Shown here one piece after another: positions 45,227 to 54,882 of a DNA stretch of 64,000 nt. Origin of the DNA: a virus (taxonomy: Duplodnaviria > Caudoviricetes); the IMG/VR virus record IMGVR_UViG_3300009149_000032, positions 292-64,291 of that record; one strand, 5' to 3'. Both the position numbers and the translations under genes were made by a program. The notes beneath the pieces are model-generated. The model searched no databases. It was not told where the DNA came from and was given only the letters and a program-made list of their open reading frames with translations. Each line of letters starts with the position of its first letter. Within the stretch, counting starts at the first letter, position 1.

Positions 45227-46534
45227 ATGTCAGATATTGTTCTTGATAAAATGTTTGTTTGTACTGACTCAGGGTATGGAAAAATTGGTCACAATAAATA
45301 TTGGTCTGTAAAAGTTTTCACCGATGGTAGAATGGAAACCGAGTACGGAAGAGTTGGAGATCCCGGAGCAAGTACAACAAAGGATTTTGGTAATGAAGCT
45401 ACAGCATTGAAGAAAGCAAATCAGTTAATCAAGAAAAAAGAAAAAGGTAAAGCGAGGAAGGATGGGAAGGGAAGAGACTCGCAGTACAAAGAGGTAGAGA
45501 TTATCGGAAAGGTTTCGTCTTCTAATGGAGCGAAGTCCGTAGGCAGATCAGCTTGGAAGACAATCGCCAAAGGTGATACTGAAGTTGAATCCCTTATCTC
45601 ACTTCTCGACAGAGAGAATATTCATAACATTACCAGTGGTACAACTCTGACATACGATGAGCATACAGGACTCTTCTCTACTCCTCTGGGAGTTGTAGGA
45701 CAGAATAGTATCGACTCAGCCAGAGTTGTGCTTTCAAAAATGAAAGACTTGGTAGAGAAAAAGAAATTTGGTAAGGAGGGTGATAAGATTGCCGAAGAGT
45801 TCATGATGATCATCCCCCAGAATATAGGTAGGAGAAAAAGACCAACACTTCAAACAATCTGTCCTACTCTTGATAAGTTAGAAGAACATAATTCGATTCT
45901 AGATTCACTTCAAGCTAGTCTTGATATTGTATTGACTCCTAAAGATACTCCTGATGATAAGGATGAGGTGGAAGACTTTGGCGTAACACTGTCTCTTATG
46001 AATGATAAAAAAGAATTTGATAGGCTTGTTAAGTTCTACGGAAGCACTAAGAGATCACAACACGTTTGTCACCACCTTTCGATGCAAAGAATTTTCTCTG
46101 TTGAACACAAAGATATGAATAAACAATTTGAAATCAAAGGTGAGAATATAGGAAATGTTCAAGAGCTTTGGCACGGAACCAGAATTGGTAATATACTTTC
46201 AATCCTTGCAAAGGGAATGCATATCCCACCTTCGTCTGCCTCGCATTGCACTGGAAGACTCTATGGAGATGGTCTTTATTTTAGTGATCAGTCAACCAAG
46301 AGTCTAAATTATTCTTATGGATACTGGTCAGGCAATAGAAACAATCACTGCTTTATGTTTCTATTCGATGTGGCAATGGGGAAATCTTATACACCGTCTG
46401 GAGGTATAAAAAGTATTCCAAGCGGATATGATTCTTGCTTCGCAAAAGCAGGGAATTCTGGGGTAAGAAACAACGAAATGATTGTATATAAATCGTTTCA
46501 ATGCCGCCCGAAATATCTTATAGAATTTAAATAA
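45227..46534 (+). CDS. PARP-family ADP-ribosyltransferase (WGR + helical regulatory + catalytic domains)
   Basis: NKYW...YGRVG (WGR); TPLG...IIPQNIG (helical); LWHGTR, GRLYGDGLYFSD, KSLNY, NNEMIVY (H-Y-E triad). Confidence 0.92.
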   Translation: MSDIVLDKMFVCTDSGYGKIGHNKYWSVKVFTDGRMETEYGRVGDPGASTTKDFGNEATALKKANQLIKKKEKGKARKDGKGRDSQYKEVEIIGKVSSSNGAKSVGRSAWKTIAKGDTEVESLISLLDRENIHNITSGTTLTYDEHTGLFSTPLGVVGQNSIDSARVVLSKMKDLVEKKKFGKEGDKIAEEFMMIIPQNIGRRKRPTLQTICPTLDKLEEHNSILDSLQASLDIVLTPKDTPDDKDEVEDFGVTLSLMNDKKEFDRLVKFYGSTKRSQHVCHHLSMQRIFSVEHKDMNKQFEIKGENIGNVQELWHGTRIGNILSILAKGMHIPPSSASHCTGRLYGDGLYFSDQSTKSLNYSYGYWSGNRNNHCFMFLFDVAMGKSYTPSGGIKSIPSGYDSCFAKAGNSGVRNNEMIVYKSFQCRPKYLIEFK

Positions 46535-46538
46535 ACTC

Positions 46539-46567
46539 TTGACATTCTTATAAGGATCAGTTATAAT
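46539..46567 (+). promoter_or_regulatory. Sigma70-type promoter
   Basis: TTGACA-N17-TATAAT. Confidence 0.8.
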
Positions 46568-46661
46568 GTATGTAATACTTGATAGATATTATAAACCGAG
46601 GATGGTTCATAACTTTTTCAGCATTGAACCTTATCCACCAGAAGACACGAAGGAGAATCAA

Positions 46662-47153
46662 ATGGGACTTGGACTTGAATCACTGAAGAACATTGTTAAC
46701 AAAGAGGTTGCTTTGAAGATTGCAATGGAAGAACAATTCACAGCATATGATATCACTAAAGCGATTCGTGAGTATATCAAATATGATTTTGCCCACGACG
46801 ATAGTAGAGACTTTGTTCACGCTCTTCTTGACGATAAAGATGGTGTCCTTGTCAAGAACAGTTATGTTAAGACTTCTATGAGACTTCCAACTGGTGTACA
46901 TGCATTTGTATTTCATGACGAATTCACAGACCCAGAAGATTATGTTGCTAACATGAAAGTTGATAATACTTACACTCCTGACTCCACCCTCGCTGCAGAC
47001 TCACAAGTCTGTATTGATAACTTGAGAGAAGACTTTGATGACCTCCGCAACATCGCTTTAGAAGTAGTCTCTTGTTATCGTAACGATAGCCTAGAGGAAC
47101 TTTCAGAATCAATCAAGGATCTTGAAAGCACATTGAAGAATATTTGTAATTAA
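46662..47153 (+). CDS. Hypothetical protein
   Basis: AAGGAG RBS before ATG 46662. Confidence 0.55.
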   Translation: MGLGLESLKNIVNKEVALKIAMEEQFTAYDITKAIREYIKYDFAHDDSRDFVHALLDDKDGVLVKNSYVKTSMRLPTGVHAFVFHDEFTDPEDYVANMKVDNTYTPDSTLAADSQVCIDNLREDFDDLRNIALEVVSCYRNDSLEELSESIKDLESTLKNICN

Positions 47154-47176
47154 TTTTTGATGAACACAGGGAGAGT

Positions 47177-48316
47177 ATGATGACAAAGACATTTCCAAAG
47201 TTGTATAAGAAATCCTCCACTGGAAAGATTTCTGAGTGGGAACTTATCGTTGAAGAATCTAATAAAGGTTCTGGTGTAATTAAAATCACCCACGGTTATT
47301 CTGACGGTAAGAAACAGGAAGACCTTAAAGTGATTGAAGAAGGTAAGAACGCCGGGAAAGAGAACGAGACTACAGCACTTGAACAGGCAATTGCGCAAGC
47401 AGAGAGTAAGTATAAGAAACAACTCGACAAGGGATACGTCGATTCGATGGATGATGTTGACAAAGTTCTTTATCTTCCTATGCTTGCACACTCCTATGAT
47501 AAGCGTGGTAAGGATATTAAGTTCCCTTGTATCGCTCAGAGAAAGTTTGATGGAGTCCGTTGTCTTGCTACTGTTGAGAATGGTAAGGTAGTTCTTAAAT
47601 CTCGCAAAGGAAAAGTGTTCCCTCATATGGAACATCTTCACGATCAAGTCAAGACTCTTATTGAATCCACCACCGGAGAACTTATCCTTGATGGTGAACT
47701 TTACTCAGAGACATTGACCTTCCAGAGAACTGTAGGTCTTGTCAAGAGAGTTACCTTGAAGGAAGGTGATGAAGGGGATTCAAGACAGATCATGTTCCGT
47801 CTTTACGATTGCATCTTCCCAGATAATCCTACCGCTGCTTTCATGACTCGCTACAACTTCCTTGACAATCTTCTCAAGCGTAGAACAAACTTCGCTCACC
47901 TCAAGTTGACTGAGAACTTCACTGTCAGAGATGAGAAAGCAATGAAAGAGCTTCACGATGTATTTGTTCAAGAGGGGCACGAGGGGATTATTTTAAGAAA
48001 TATCAAAGGTATTTATGGAGTTAACAAACGCTCCAAGGATCTCCAGAAGTATAAACATTTTCTCGATGACGAGTTTGAAGTGGTTTCGTTTACCGAAGGA
48101 GTGGGTCGAGCCAAGGGAACAGTTATTTGGACGTGCAAAACTAAAGAAGATAAAGAGTTTAATGTTAGACCTAGAGGAACCGAACAAGAGCGAAGAAATT
48201 GGTTTGAAAATGGAGAGAAATATATAGGAAAAATGATCACTGTGAGGTATTTTGAAATGACAGATGATAATATTCCTCGCTTCCCAGTCGGTTTAGTTTT
48301 TCGAGATTATGAATAA
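47177..48316 (+). CDS. ATP-dependent DNA ligase
   Basis: PMLA, KFDGVR, LDGELY, YD, EGIILR, KRS--L-K-K, OB fold ending PRFP---FR. Confidence 0.93.
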   Translation: MMTKTFPKLYKKSSTGKISEWELIVEESNKGSGVIKITHGYSDGKKQEDLKVIEEGKNAGKENETTALEQAIAQAESKYKKQLDKGYVDSMDDVDKVLYLPMLAHSYDKRGKDIKFPCIAQRKFDGVRCLATVENGKVVLKSRKGKVFPHMEHLHDQVKTLIESTTGELILDGELYSETLTFQRTVGLVKRVTLKEGDEGDSRQIMFRLYDCIFPDNPTAAFMTRYNFLDNLLKRRTNFAHLKLTENFTVRDEKAMKELHDVFVQEGHEGIILRNIKGIYGVNKRSKDLQKYKHFLDDEFEVVSFTEGVGRAKGTVIWTCKTKEDKEFNVRPRGTEQERRNWFENGEKYIGKMITVRYFEMTDDNIPRFPVGLVFRDYE

Positions 48317-48342
48317 AGTTAATAATTTCTAATGATTATACC

Positions 48343-48349
48343 CTAAATA
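48343..48349 (+). promoter_or_regulatory. Late promoter-like motif (CTAAATA) before the HNH gene
   Basis: TAAATA core just upstream of an AAAGGAG RBS. Confidence 0.4.
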
Positions 48350-48366
48350 TTGTAAAGGAGATTACA

Positions 48367-49035
48367 ATGTTAAAGGTGTGTAAAAAGTGTAACATGAAAA
48401 AAGATTTCTCTGAGTTTAACAAAGATAAGACACGAAAAGACGGACTGTTCCCGTATTGTAAAGAATGTAAAAGTATTTCGGATAGAGAGTCTTATAAGAA
48501 ACATCGAGAATCTCGTTCAAAGAGTTCTATGGAATACTATTATGAACATAAGAATGATGAAGAATATAAAGAATATCGAAGAGAGGCAGTTAAGAGATAT
48601 TATAAAACTGATAAAGGTAAACTATATAAAAAAGAATATAGATCCACAGAAGAATATAAAAAGAAGCATCGTGAATATATGAGGGGTTATTTAAATAAAC
48701 GATATCGTGAAGATATTAGATTTCGTTTAAACATTTTAATGGGTAATAATATTCTCAAAGCTCTTAAAAAGAATAAGGGTGGAAGACATTGGGAAAGTTT
48801 GGTCGGCTATACTATTGATGAGTTAAAATCTCATTTAGAGAGTATGTTTACAGATGAAATGAATTGGGAAAATCATGGTAGAGTTTGGCATATTGATCAT
48901 ATAAAACCAAAGTCGTGGTTTAAATTTAATTCAAATGAAGACGAAGAGTTTCAACAATGTTGGTCCCTAGATAATTTACAACCTCTTCTTACTGAGGATA
49001 ATCTTAGAAAAAATAATAAGTGGATAGGAGAATAA
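48367..49035 (+). CDS. Free-standing HNH endonuclease (probable homing endonuclease)
   Basis: CKKC...CKEC, basic linker, WHIDHIKP...NLQPL---N--K; more AT-rich than the flanks. Confidence 0.8.
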   Translation: MLKVCKKCNMKKDFSEFNKDKTRKDGLFPYCKECKSISDRESYKKHRESRSKSSMEYYYEHKNDEEYKEYRREAVKRYYKTDKGKLYKKEYRSTEEYKKKHREYMRGYLNKRYREDIRFRLNILMGNNILKALKKNKGGRHWESLVGYTIDELKSHLESMFTDEMNWENHGRVWHIDHIKPKSWFKFNSNEDEEFQQCWSLDNLQPLLTEDNLRKNNKWIGE

Positions 49036-50328
49036 ATGTCAGAGCGAAAGAAATGGACGCTCGATGATTGGAAGAAAGATAAAGAAGAACTTGAAGAAAC
49101 TAAAAAGGATATACCCTTGAATGTAGTAGGGTTATTACCTGACTCTCCTGTAAATGTATCAGGAGTATTACCTCCCGGATATGATATATCCCCTCCAGTT
49201 CAAGGAGAAGCGTATGAAATAAATGGCGAAGAGTTCATTGGTCAAAGTCCCGCTCCTGAAAAAGATGTGAATGTAGAAGTCAACCTAGATAAGAACGTCT
49301 CGGTTGATTTCGCATTGTCTGACGAAGATGAACCTGTCAGAATCAAATCAAATAAAGAAGACAACAATGACAAGAAGGGGATTCGTCACGGTAGGAGTCA
49401 GTACGAAGGTTTTAATATAGGTCACTATGTACAGACCCCACCCATCCTATTCACAAGAGATAGTCACAATGTATTCATGGGAGACATGTATAGAGGTGCA
49501 ACTGCATTCCTAATACTTGGTGGTCCTAGTATGAAGAATCTAAACCTCGACTCTCTCAAACGTCCGGGAATTCTTACTATGGGAGTCAACAACTCTGTTA
49601 GAACATTCCGTCCTAACCTCTGGACATGTGTAGATAATCCATCTCACTTCATAAAATCTATCTGGTTTGATCCTACGATCACAAAGTTAGTTCCTATGGC
49701 ACATGCAGAGAAGAAGATCTTCGATAATGTATCTTGGAAAGAGATGGATATGGTTGTAGGTTCTGCTCCTAACGTTTTTTATTACAGACGCAATGAGCAT
49801 TTCGTACCAAGTCAATTCCTGTTTGAAGATACAATCAACTGGGGAAATCATTCTAACCTATGCCACTGCGGGTTCTGGCGAGGTAAGAGTGATGAGAAGA
49901 AAGTCTCTGTATGTCCTGATTGTGGAGAGAAAGCGTTTGGTTCTCGAAGTGTCTTCCTCCCCGCAATCCGTCTTCTTTATTATCTAGGAGTGAGAAACAT
50001 ATTCCTTCTGGGTTGTGACTTCAATATGAAGAAGGGTGAACAGAACTATCACTTTGAACAGGACAGAACATCTAGCTCAGTTAATAACAATAACAATTCA
50101 TACAGAATGTTGGCTAAACGTTTCGAGGATTTGAAACCTTACTTCAAAAAGTATGGTCTTCAGATATTCAATTGTAATCCTGACTCTGCTCTTGAAGTTT
50201 TTCCAAAGGTCAGTTTCAAAGATGCAATCGATGCAGCACTCCACCCAATGCCGGATACTGAGAACGAAAGAACCGAAGGATTGTATGACAGAGAAGCGAA
50301 ACTCAAAGCACAAGGGAAATCCAAATGA
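49036..50328 (+). CDS. Maf/DUF115-like protein, paralogue of 26203-27129
   Basis: FLILGGPS, MGVNN, WTCVDN, YYLG-RNIFLLGCDF; CHC...CPDC insertion. Confidence 0.65.
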   Translation: MSERKKWTLDDWKKDKEELEETKKDIPLNVVGLLPDSPVNVSGVLPPGYDISPPVQGEAYEINGEEFIGQSPAPEKDVNVEVNLDKNVSVDFALSDEDEPVRIKSNKEDNNDKKGIRHGRSQYEGFNIGHYVQTPPILFTRDSHNVFMGDMYRGATAFLILGGPSMKNLNLDSLKRPGILTMGVNNSVRTFRPNLWTCVDNPSHFIKSIWFDPTITKLVPMAHAEKKIFDNVSWKEMDMVVGSAPNVFYYRRNEHFVPSQFLFEDTINWGNHSNLCHCGFWRGKSDEKKVSVCPDCGEKAFGSRSVFLPAIRLLYYLGVRNIFLLGCDFNMKKGEQNYHFEQDRTSSSVNNNNNSYRMLAKRFEDLKPYFKKYGLQIFNCNPDSALEVFPKVSFKDAIDAALHPMPDTENERTEGLYDREAKLKAQGKSK

Positions 50329-50957
50329 GAAGAAAAACTCCAAGAGGAGACGGACTTAGACCTAAGATTGAATCTCTTATCAACGAAGATACTTACTTTG
50401 TGATGATTGGTGCCAACGATGGATACATTGGCGATCCTCTTTACAATATGATATACGAATTCAATATGCGTGGGATATTCTTTGAACCTATCGAGGAATG
50501 TTTTCTGAAGTTGAAAGAGAACTATAAGAAGCATCCCCGATATGACGAGATGATATTTCATCAAGAGTGCGTCACTGAAACTGATGGCATGATAGATTTC
50601 TATATAAACAAAAAGGATTCTTCCTGCTCCACCGCTGATAATACAATTGGTGCGTATAAGAAAGAGTTCAGGCAGAAGCGTCTGGTTAAAACTCAATGTC
50701 CTTCACAGACGTTGGCAACCCTCAATAAGAACCTCACACACCACATAGATCTATTGCAGATTGATACTGAAGGTCTTGATTGGTTAATCATAAAACAGAT
50801 CCTAGATCTAAGTAAACTCCCACACATTATTCATTTCGAAAAGAAGAACTTCTCTGATGAGCATCATAAATTCTGCCTCAGGTTCCTAGATGACTACAAC
50901 TACAAAGTTGAGAGAGGTGACTCCCGACACGATTATCTGGCGATACGAAAGGGTTAG
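50325..50957 (+). CDS. FkbM-family methyltransferase
   Basis: IGANDG--GDP, FEP, IDLLQIDTEG-D. Confidence 0.85.
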   Translation: MRRKTPRGDGLRPKIESLINEDTYFVMIGANDGYIGDPLYNMIYEFNMRGIFFEPIEECFLKLKENYKKHPRYDEMIFHQECVTETDGMIDFYINKKDSSCSTADNTIGAYKKEFRQKRLVKTQCPSQTLATLNKNLTHHIDLLQIDTEGLDWLIIKQILDLSKLPHIIHFEKKNFSDEHHKFCLRFLDDYNYKVERGDSRHDYLAIRKG

Positions 50958-50958
50958 T

Positions 50959-51825
50959 ATGTCTCATGGTGTTATATATTATAACAGAGGTACAGGGTGT
51001 CTCGCAAGGTTAGTAGTCTCTATAACAAGTCTACTCAAACATTACGGTGGTCCTATCTGTCTAGTCTCAGCGGGAGAAGATTCACATCCGTATCTAAAAA
51101 AGATCGCTGACAGATTTAATTTGATGTATAAAGAATTCGACTCCCCAGTAATTCCGGGGAAGGGTCAAATATTTTTAGAGACTACTCTTGCTGCAGAGTT
51201 CTCTCCATTTGATACAACTGTCTGGATAGATTCTGATACTGTAGTAACTGGATCAATAGATGAGTTGTTTAAACTTGCAGTCGATAATGAAATTGCAATG
51301 CCTCAATTTGCTCACTGGACAATGGCGAAGGGAATCATTCGTAAACGTGCCGGTAAGTGGGATCAGTTCTTCCCAGAGCGAGTAGAGAAGTATGTTGGTA
51401 GAGCAGATCTTCCCTCACTCAATTGTGGGGTATATGGGTTCACTAAGGATGCACAGTTCATGAAGAGATGGTATCATTTCGCAGAGGTGGGTAGAAGAAA
51501 GTTTATTCCTAATGAAGTCGCTATGCAACTATCTATTTGGGAATTCCCTCACATAATAGTTGATCAGAAGTTCAACTGCTCATGTAAGTATGCAGACCCT
51601 ACAGCAGAAGATGTCAGAGTAGTTCACTACCACGGAAAGAAACATTGTAGATTCAGCGACAAGGGGATTCCTAGATACAATTCCGATATCTGGTTGGATA
51701 GGTTTCTCAAATGTAGAGAAGAAGGATTGTTCCTTGAACTAGGTTTGGATATAATAAACGTAGACTATGGGGATAAGACGTTCAGGAAAAATAAGAAGGA
51801 GACGCTCAATTGGATTTCACAATAG
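50959..51825 (+). CDS. GT-A (GT8-like) glycosyltransferase
   Basis: SPFD-TVWIDSDT, NCGV, NE---Q, FN, VVHYHG-K. Confidence 0.75.
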   Translation: MSHGVIYYNRGTGCLARLVVSITSLLKHYGGPICLVSAGEDSHPYLKKIADRFNLMYKEFDSPVIPGKGQIFLETTLAAEFSPFDTTVWIDSDTVVTGSIDELFKLAVDNEIAMPQFAHWTMAKGIIRKRAGKWDQFFPERVEKYVGRADLPSLNCGVYGFTKDAQFMKRWYHFAEVGRRKFIPNEVAMQLSIWEFPHIIVDQKFNCSCKYADPTAEDVRVVHYHGKKHCRFSDKGIPRYNSDIWLDRFLKCREEGLFLELGLDIINVDYGDKTFRKNKKETLNWISQ

Positions 51826-53051
51826 TCACAGCAGTTACACCAGAGTATGAGAAGTTTCTTTTGTTATCACTCTACAACTGGAAGAAACATCCACAACTTA
51901 CAGATAAACCTCTGATACTTTACACTCACGGTTATCACAGACCAGAAAAGAAGTTTCAGGATCTCTGGAAGGATATAAGAATCATCAAGTGGGATATGGA
52001 AAAGTATGATACACAACGAGAGTTAATGCTCTCTGCCTTTGTAATAGGAGTTATGCAGAATGTTGGAACAGAATACTCTCTCAAATTAGACTCAGACGTA
52101 TTAGTTGATGAGAATGTTCCGCTGCTTAAGGAAAGTGATTTCGACTATGATATTATTGGACACAGATGGGGATACACCAAACCCAAATCATTTATACTAG
52201 ACATAGAAGAGTGGGCAAAAAAGATTGAACTGGTTGGTAATCCTGTCTTTGATAAGAATGCGTTGGCAGAGATTAAGTCTCAGAGAATGAAGAGGGTTGG
52301 TTCACGTAGGTTTGCATCCTTTGTTTGTTTACAGAAGACAGAATTCATAAGAAGATGTTGCCTATGGTTAGAGGAGAGTAGACTTCCAATTCCAAGTCAC
52401 GATACATTCCTTTGGTATATGGCAGAGAGATTACCAGATACAAATTGGGGAGCGAGAAGATTCAAACCTTCAGCAATGACTACTTCGAACTTCAAGAAGT
52501 TCCAGAAGTTCTATAATGCAAAGTACAATCCTCTCGAAGAGATTGTCCGAGTACGTTCTGCTAAAAGGAAGAATAGATACCCAGAACTATTCAATCAGTT
52601 AGCAGAGGTAAGCAAAGGTAAGAAGATGCTTTCTTATGGTTGTGGGTTTGAAGAACCTTCTTCTCTTCTGTCTGCTTGTCCTGAGACTACTATCTATGCT
52701 ACAGATATAAACCCCAAGGTAATTGAGCAGGGAATAGCAATGAAGAAGAACATAACATTCTTCCCAACCAATAAAAAGAATCTTGAGAAGTATGGGAAGT
52801 TTGATATCATATTGGCAATGAATATCTTCAAGAGGATTCATTTAACTCCTGAGGAATTAGAAAAACAATACCCTTTATCTAAATTCAATACACAAATGGA
52901 ACACCTCTGTCAACACTTAGCACCCGGAGGTATGCTGATACTTTCCGGTACAACGTATAAGTTTACTGATACATCCGAGTTCAAGGAGAACTTTGAACCC
53001 GCAATTGAATCAACGTCAGGAAGAGTATGTGCATATCAAAAGAGGATGTAA
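51810..53051 (+). CDS. Glycosyltransferase-methyltransferase fusion
   Basis: N-terminal GT-A (LKLDSD); C-terminal class I MTase (LSYGCG--E, YATDIN, FDII, L-PGG-L). Confidence 0.7.
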   Translation: MDFTIVTAVTPEYEKFLLLSLYNWKKHPQLTDKPLILYTHGYHRPEKKFQDLWKDIRIIKWDMEKYDTQRELMLSAFVIGVMQNVGTEYSLKLDSDVLVDENVPLLKESDFDYDIIGHRWGYTKPKSFILDIEEWAKKIELVGNPVFDKNALAEIKSQRMKRVGSRRFASFVCLQKTEFIRRCCLWLEESRLPIPSHDTFLWYMAERLPDTNWGARRFKPSAMTTSNFKKFQKFYNAKYNPLEEIVRVRSAKRKNRYPELFNQLAEVSKGKKMLSYGCGFEEPSSLLSACPETTIYATDINPKVIEQGIAMKKNITFFPTNKKNLEKYGKFDIILAMNIFKRIHLTPEELEKQYPLSKFNTQMEHLCQHLAPGGMLILSGTTYKFTDTSEFKENFEPAIESTSGRVCAYQKRM

Positions 53052-53500
53052 AGAAGTTTGATATAGGTTACTTCGAAGATGATGCAGAGATTGCAGCAGT
53101 ACGTCAAAAGAAGTGGGGATACGGAGTTGAACTTGTTCACCAATACGTTGACCCGGAACTTGCTCTTGTCGCTTGGAATGTAACTAGAACAAAGGCATAT
53201 GAAGAGAAATACATCTATCTTATGGAACCGAGACTACTGAGTAGGTTTATTAAGAGAAGACGTACCAGAAGTAATAGTCTGAAGTCTTGGTTTGAAAAGG
53301 ACGGTAAGATTCTCACCGGAGAAGAGAAGTGGGATTTTTTATATGAGAGTATCAAGACTCACGGTTGGGATACGTATCAACCTGCTTGTCTACAGATACG
53401 TAGTGGTAAGAAGGTTAAGGTCGCTAATGGTCATCACAGAATCGGAATAGCATTCGAACTTGGGTTACAAGTTATCCCGATTTCTTTTTTATATAAATAA
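53027..53500 (+). CDS. ParB/sulfiredoxin-like N-terminal domain protein
   Basis: LYESIK--G....VANGHHR--IA--LG---IP. Confidence 0.65.
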   Translation: MCISKEDVKKFDIGYFEDDAEIAAVRQKKWGYGVELVHQYVDPELALVAWNVTRTKAYEEKYIYLMEPRLLSRFIKRRRTRSNSLKSWFEKDGKILTGEEKWDFLYESIKTHGWDTYQPACLQIRSGKKVKVANGHHRIGIAFELGLQVIPISFLYK

Positions 53501-53525
53501 ATGTCAATTATAAAATAAAATGTAC

Positions 53526-53553
53526 TTGACAATATTTTAATTTCTGTTACAAT
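53526..53553 (+). promoter_or_regulatory. Sigma70-type promoter
   Basis: TTGACA-N16-TACAAT with TG, then AAGGAG RBS. Confidence 0.7.
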
Positions 53554-53575
53554 AGTTTAAGAAAAGGAGAATCAA

Positions 53576-54052
53576 ATGCCAAAAGAACTTTCAGACGGTC
53601 ATGTTCCAATCCCCACAGAGTCAGAGATGAGTAAAAGTCCAAGTCATATTCCATTCACGAGCAGTCACGGTCCCACACCTCATGCTGTTCCGAGTTATGA
53701 GAATCAGAGAAGTGTTCCAATGCCTCATGGTATGCTTAAACCTCAGGCAGTTCCAGATGTAAATCTCAATCCATACCAGAAAAAACTCCTTGAAGCACTC
53801 AAAGCAGCACCAAACGTTATGAAACTTATGGGAGTAATTTTCCATCACTATCCTACTGCCGTAGTCAAAGAGTCGAGGCAGACCGGACCTAACGCTACTG
53901 CAAGGCAGAAACAAGCAGGTAGAGAAACGCAGAAGGTTCGTTTGAATATGGAAGCATTCATTGAAGAAGAGATCGCCAAACTTGCCGGGATTGATGTAGA
54001 GAAACTTCTTGAGGAAGCAAAGGCAGAAGTAGCAGCAGCAAAAGAAAAATAG
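53576..54052 (+). CDS. Hypothetical protein
   Basis: Promoter and RBS; Pro/His-rich N-terminus. Confidence 0.6.
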   Translation: MPKELSDGHVPIPTESEMSKSPSHIPFTSSHGPTPHAVPSYENQRSVPMPHGMLKPQAVPDVNLNPYQKKLLEALKAAPNVMKLMGVIFHHYPTAVVKESRQTGPNATARQKQAGRETQKVRLNMEAFIEEEIAKLAGIDVEKLLEEAKAEVAAAKEK

Positions 54053-54057
54053 TCCAT

Positions 54058-54357
54058 GTGGACTTTGTAGTAGTGAATGTAGCAAGGGAGAGAAATATGG
54101 GTAAGTGTAGCAAGAAGACAAAGAAGACATTTGTTATTCGTAGGACAACCGAAGGATGGGATCGAGCATCATCGAGTTATGTAGTTGAACGCTCACAACC
54201 TGTTAACAAGTCCATCGGTGGAGGTTATCGTTTCGCCAAGACCTCACTTTCAGAAGCAGTTCAGTTTGAACAGACTACTGCTAAGAAAATTCTCACGAGT
54301 CTCAAAAGAAATGATTCACATAAAGGTGAATCGACTTACACTCTTATAGAAGCATAA
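54058..54357 (+). CDS. Hypothetical basic protein
   Basis: Likely start MGKCS after GGGAG. Confidence 0.5.
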   Translation: MDFVVVNVARERNMGKCSKKTKKTFVIRRTTEGWDRASSSYVVERSQPVNKSIGGGYRFAKTSLSEAVQFEQTTAKKILTSLKRNDSHKGESTYTLIEA

Positions 54358-54379
54358 AGGGAGCGTAACAGAGGGAGTT

Positions 54380-54412
54380 GAAGTGGGGAGAGTTTACTCT
54401 CCCCATTTCTTA
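54380..54412 (+). terminator. Rho-independent terminator
   Basis: TGGGGAGAGT-TT-ACTCTCCCCA followed by TTTCTT. Confidence 0.75.
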
Positions 54413-54462
54413 TAGGTAGACTTCTCGTTCCTCCGACATAAATACTTACAGAAGGAGAATTT

Positions 54463-54882
54463 ATGTCAGGACAATTCCACCCACGAGTATCTTTTCCGTT
54501 GTACTTTGAGTGGGCAAAAACTGGTAGAGTCGACATAGAACCTTTCTTCTCTGCCTATGGCTACGGTGTATCTGTAAAGGTTATCTTTCAATTCACTTGG
54601 GGTACTGGTGAAGATAAGTTTGTATATGATAGAGTCCTTCACGAAGATGCAATGGTGCGGAAGTTGGTAACATCTGCCGGGAGTGATGAGACTTGGGAAA
54701 TGTTCTCAGAGTATTTCGAGAGTTTCTATCACAACAAGATAGGTCAGGATGTTATCGTACCTATCACCGCTCTGCTTTTGAATACATACTTCCCCGAGAT
54801 TGTGGAGAGGTATAACTTGGATCTTACAGAATACGTTACCGAAGTTACATTCGAAGACGATAAAAGGATTGGGTATAAGTGA
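54463..54882 (+). CDS. Hypothetical protein (possibly late)
   Basis: CATAAATA at 54437 and AAGGAG RBS. Confidence 0.55.
   Translation: MSGQFHPRVSFPLYFEWAKTGRVDIEPFFSAYGYGVSVKVIFQFTWGTGEDKFVYDRVLHEDAMVRKLVTSAGSDETWEMFSEYFESFYHNKIGQDVIVPITALLLNTYFPEIVERYNLDLTEYVTEVTFEDDKRIGYK

Noticed and set aside
53027-53500. Plasmid-type partition system
   Set aside because: Only the ParB N-terminal-like domain is present, with no HTH, ParA or parS-like repeats
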